NCBI GenBank assembly: GCA_003707115.1
Contig: PPNB01000018.1
Span: 124,001 to 169,673, forward strand
DNA: 45,673 nucleotides
Reading direction: 5' to 3'
Source of the DNA: Tortispora ganteri
Taxonomy: Eukaryota
Shown here: one piece after another, positions 42,029 to 45,673 of the stretch
How the letters are laid out: every line of letters begins with the position of its first letter
Numbering within the stretch: position 1 is the stretch's first letter
Notes under the pieces: model-generated
Database searches by the model: none
Told to the model about the DNA's origin: nothing
The model's input: only the letters and a program-made list of their open reading frames with translations
Program-made: the position numbers and the translations under genes

Positions 42029-44357
42029 AGTCGTTATGCGTGAAAAGCTCGGGGAGTGGGATGAATCGCCTCCACCACTATTGGATCAAGTCTGTGCGGG
42101 ATTAAGGTTGCTTGCTGTTAGTCATTGGTTTCTTTTGCAGAATATTCGAAAACAAAAAAACAACAACAACAACAACCCAATAATGGTTACATTATATTGA
42201 ACCAGTAAGCATACACAATATTATTGTTTGAACGAAGAAGGCTGTTCTTGTATAAAATTCGTCCCGTTCTGTACCTTGACGTAGCTGATCACAGATCCTT
42301 GAGTTCCTTATATTTACGAATAAGCCGTATTAAACGTATAGTACTATTCCAGGCACTTGAGCAGTAACTGTCAACCTAGTAGTAGCTAGACTTATATTAG
42401 CGGTTTAAGAAACCAAAAGCAAGAGACCATAAGCGACGTCGAACGAACAAACGCACGTCCAATTGTCTTTTTGTACTCGCTGACCACACACATGACCAAA
42501 CAAAGGCTTTTTATTCGAGCTATGTTTGTCGCAAGTAATGTATAAGCTTGATAACTGAACACACACACTCCATTTGTCTCTCCAAATCCCTTACCCTTGA
42601 CGTTATCTTGCATGGTCAAGGTCATATTTATTGGAATAGTATACTATCCGTCAACTTACCACATGAATGTTGAGTGTACCGGAAATATGAAATCTCTTAA
42701 TTAAATGAAGTCATATGAATTTGCCAAAAAGCTATAGATAACTTATCCCTAGATGGAGAAACAAGGAAATGAAACTTAAAAAAATCGCAGATCGCCATTT
42801 TGAAAATTAAGTAAAGTAAGCAATAACTTTAGCTTTTTCGATATACCTTTGTACAATAATAAGTGTCTTAGTCTGCCGCGGCCAGTGCTGTAAAAATGAA
42901 AAGGTGCTTTTTGAAATGTTACCTAGTGAACATAGCTATTTGAAATCCACAGTGTGAAACATATGAATTATTCTAAACCATGACGACGGCATACTGAAAG
43001 ACGTAAATTAGAAAACATATCAGCTATTCTAATTACATCAAATGGTACATTCAATAATACGCCATGGATTCGTATCATAGTAGTTCTTCGTTTCAATAAC
43101 ATTTTAGGTTTGTTAAGCGTCCAGAAATGCCCATGTTACATGGTCGAAGTTCCATAGAATGCCAACCACAACTAGTGACGTTAGCACGAATAAAAGATCC
43201 AATTATTGTTCTAGGATCTGTTGAAGTAAAGAAGCTTCAACTGAGTGCATATTGAAGAGCGCTCTAGAGCGCTCGAGCGCCTCTTTTTAATTTATCAAAG
43301 TTTGGTTCTTGTGCGATAAAAATGTCAATTACCAGCAAATTATAGTTTGTAATCCACGCGCTCATTGGTTTATACGTCCCTCATACTGACGTAAGACTAT
43401 ATTCATTTTCTTAATTGAATACACTTCGACTTCCAAATGATAAAGTAATATCCAAAAACATCCAGAGCCATTTTAGCTTTTGAAAACTGCTCCAAAACCC
43501 CGCATAATATGATTTTCGCTCATTAAGTTCGGGTATGTTTAGTAGCCTTGAGCCAACCTCTAAATGGCGGAAGCTTATGAACTTATCACTCAACCACTTG
43601 CTGTACAGTGTGACACGAGTTGCGCGCATTAATCTCTCTCCAACTTGTCCTGAAAGCCTCAGATAGCTTACCGGTACAAATTAATTACCATTGCGTTCTA
43701 ATTAGATGCGCTTCTGCGCTTCCTAAAATTAATAAGTGGTAATGAAGAATGAAGTTGGTACAATTATAAAGTAATCACAACAACTCTTGGCAAAAGTTTA
43801 TTCAGAAGCGCTTCCACCAGCCTGGCTGAATCTGTATGGTTTATCAGTAGGACTCTAACCATCTGATCTGCTTGATATCATTTAGGATCGAGTAACATAT
43901 GCTTTCTATACTAGATGAGTATAAAAATTCGTGTTGCTTTCAAAAAAAAAAAAAAAAAGATTTACGAATTGACTTCTTATTCAAGCTAGTTCAAATTCGA
44001 TCTTTGTCAGATGAAAAGTACTTGTGAACTTTATCCGTAACAATCAGTTTCATTAATTCCAGGATGGTAGACACTGCTGAAATCATTAACACAGTTGCTT
44101 ATTCTCAAGGAATCGCAAATCATCTCTGAAGCTTCGAATCTGCCAGAAAACCGGCCAGATCTTACAAAAGTACTGCGCGCAGGTAACTGTAGAATCATCA
44201 CTTCTGGTGATCGAAATCCAAGTGATGCTGACCGAATAACTCTCTGGTATTACCATTCTGCTTTCCGAATATATCTCCACATAAAGTTCAGGAAATGAAT
44301 GCATCGTTCAATCATGTGAATTCATCTCTAAAGCTCAGGAATAAACCAAATAGAGAA

Positions 44358-44460
44358 ATGCAGCTGAACTAGATAGGAAATTTCTTATTAAGCTTTTGGT
44401 TTCAGCTGTTCCAGGCTCTGGTGTATTCTGAGCGCAGAGAGCACAGAGTGAACAAGATAT
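44358..44460 (+). pseudogene. Disrupted signal-peptide-coding segment of the downstream adhesin
   Basis: ATG 44358 reads MQLN*IGNFLLSFWFQLFQALVYSERREHRVNK, with TAG at 44370-44372; a frame change near 44457 is needed to join the long ORF. Confidence 0.55.
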
Positions 44461-44508
44461 AATCCTCAACAACCGCTCTATGAGACCCTAAATTCATATT
44501 CTGTGACA

Positions 44509-45673
44509 ATGCAGACCATTTGGAGCACTGTTACAGCTGTCGAAACGTTCGTTTGCGAACCCCCAGTAACAACAACAACTCTATATCAAAAGTATTTCAC
44601 CAGTGACACAGGTATCAAAACTGTATATGACGATTATTGCGTACCCGAGGTAAAAACTGTCAGCGGACAGTATTGCTACGCGTGTGCTCCAACAGTTGTA
44701 ACCTATGTTCCTCATCCTCCTCTCGTTTCCGATTCTCATACATACGTATGGGGTTATTATGAAGAGACCACGGTCTCTGTATCCATTGACATTGACATTG
44801 CTGTCACAGTCGAAGTCCCTGTGATTATCACCAAAGTGGTTCCGACCGGAGGCCATGGAGGCACTGGAGCACCAACAGGCACTGGAGCACCAACAGGTAC
44901 TGAAAGCCATGGGGGCACTGGAGCACCAACAGGCACTGGAGGCCAAAGCAGTACTGGAGCGCCAACAAGCTCTGGAAGCAGCAGTCACCCAACAGGCGAA
45001 GTAACTGGTTGTTCTCAAGAACCATCGTACGAAACCAGTAGAATCTTTGTTGCAGCATACAGTGGTGATTTTAGCCCGGCTGAAATAGCAGACGCTAGCT
45101 ATAGGCAGGAAAATGGAACAGAAATCACCTATTACTTGATAGGCACAGGTGTTTTCTTCAACATTATGGAAGAAAGCGCAACAGAAGTAGTAGGATATGT
45201 TCTCATGGATGGCATTGACAATTTCTTAGTGACTATGCAGCCTCTCACCAATGGCGCTGCTGATGTATATTTTTATCTCGGTGACATTGCAATGTCTTGC
45301 AATGATATTAACCAAGTTGGCGGCACTGGAATAGCAGCAACAGGTTCTTTAGATGCTATAACAGACTACTCTGCCGAATTCTCATTCGCCGTTGAAAATC
45401 TATGGTATCCGCTCCGTATAGTCTTTCAGAACTATGCTGTAAACAACAACAAGCTTGTTCGAAGAGCAGATTTGGGAACAGTGAACATCGCGCCAAGATC
45501 AGGAGAGTTTGCTGCAGATTTTTTTGCAATGGGTGGACCTGTCAGTACCGGAACAGCAGAACCAAGTGCAAGCAGTTCAGAAACAAGTATAGTAACAGGC
45601 ACTGACACGGGAGTACCAACTGGAACTGACACTGGCGTACCCACAGGCACTGACACGGGAGTACCAACTGGAA
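44509..45673 (+). CDS. Thr/Gly-rich repeat cell-surface adhesin/flocculin-like protein with PA14/GLEYA-like domain (3'-truncated by the window edge)
   Basis: Frame open from 44452 to the window end (missing from the ORF track); first ATG at 44509. EVVGYV...AADVYFYLGDIAMSC...WYPLRIVFQN resembles PA14/GLEYA; TGAPTG and TDTGVPTG repeats. Confidence 0.75.
   Translation, partial: MQTIWSTVTAVETFVCEPPVTTTTLYQKYFTSDTGIKTVYDDYCVPEVKTVSGQYCYACAPTVVTYVPHPPLVSDSHTYVWGYYEETTVSVSIDIDIAVTVEVPVIITKVVPTGGHGGTGAPTGTGAPTGTESHGGTGAPTGTGGQSSTGAPTSSGSSSHPTGEVTGCSQEPSYETSRIFVAAYSGDFSPAEIADASYRQENGTEITYYLIGTGVFFNIMEESATEVVGYVLMDGIDNFLVTMQPLTNGAADVYFYLGDIAMSCNDINQVGGTGIAATGSLDAITDYSAEFSFAVENLWYPLRIVFQNYAVNNNKLVRRADLGTVNIAPRSGEFAADFFAMGGPVSTGTAEPSASSSETSIVTGTDTGVPTGTDTGVPTGTDTGVPTG
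44860..44967 (+). repeat. Imperfect 18-bp coding repeats (GTGAPT)
   Basis: ggcactggagcaccaaca units, 3 near-exact copies plus one variant. Confidence 0.85.
45595..45673 (+). repeat. 24-bp coding tandem repeat (TGTDTGVP), continuing past the window
   Basis: About 3 units visible before the window ends. Confidence 0.9.

Noticed and set aside
42029..44340. Transposon/LTR remnant or hidden gene in the long intergenic region
   Set aside because: No terminal repeats, target-site duplications or recognisable domains seen; the short ORFs look random. More simply a long promoter.
44423..44456. 34-nt GT..AG micro-intron that would repair the adhesin frameshift
   Set aside because: Very short, non-consensus donor, no branch site, and it would not remove the upstream TAG.
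44581..45656. Minus-strand ORFs over the terminal repeats, or a CRISPR-like array
   Set aside because: Antisense shadows of the plus-strand adhesin; the repeats are in-frame coding units without unique spacers.

Overview
Compact, apparently intron-free fungal (budding-yeast-type, Saccharomycotina-like) chromosomal segment using the standard code (CTG encodes conserved Leu in enolase). About 25 protein genes, in order: PHO89 (partial), HIS5, a J-domain protein, RAT1, a siderophore transporter, two tandem paralogous Zn2Cys6 factors, CTR86/ataxin-10, RAD4, KAR5, MET10, IES6, SEC22, ELP5, KU70, an SLC35F1/F2-type transporter, a TYSND1/DEG15-like peroxisomal protease, a PCL6/7 cyclin, enolase, PAL1-like, TCD1/2, MRPL7, PTH1, YTP1-like, and a repeat-rich PA14/GLEYA-like adhesin running off the 3' end. 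I recognised no rRNA, tRNA, CRISPR array or transposon. Most notable: (1) an intact PTS1-tagged TYSND1/DEG15-type peroxisomal processing protease, a family S. cerevisiae lacks; (2) an adhesin whose signal-peptide segment is broken by a stop codon and a frameshift; (3) an SLC35F2-like gene predicting queuosine salvage; (4) a 22-bp inverted repeat upstream of PHO89 and a recurrent telobox-like promoter motif. All calls come from motif recognition by eye; no database searches were run.
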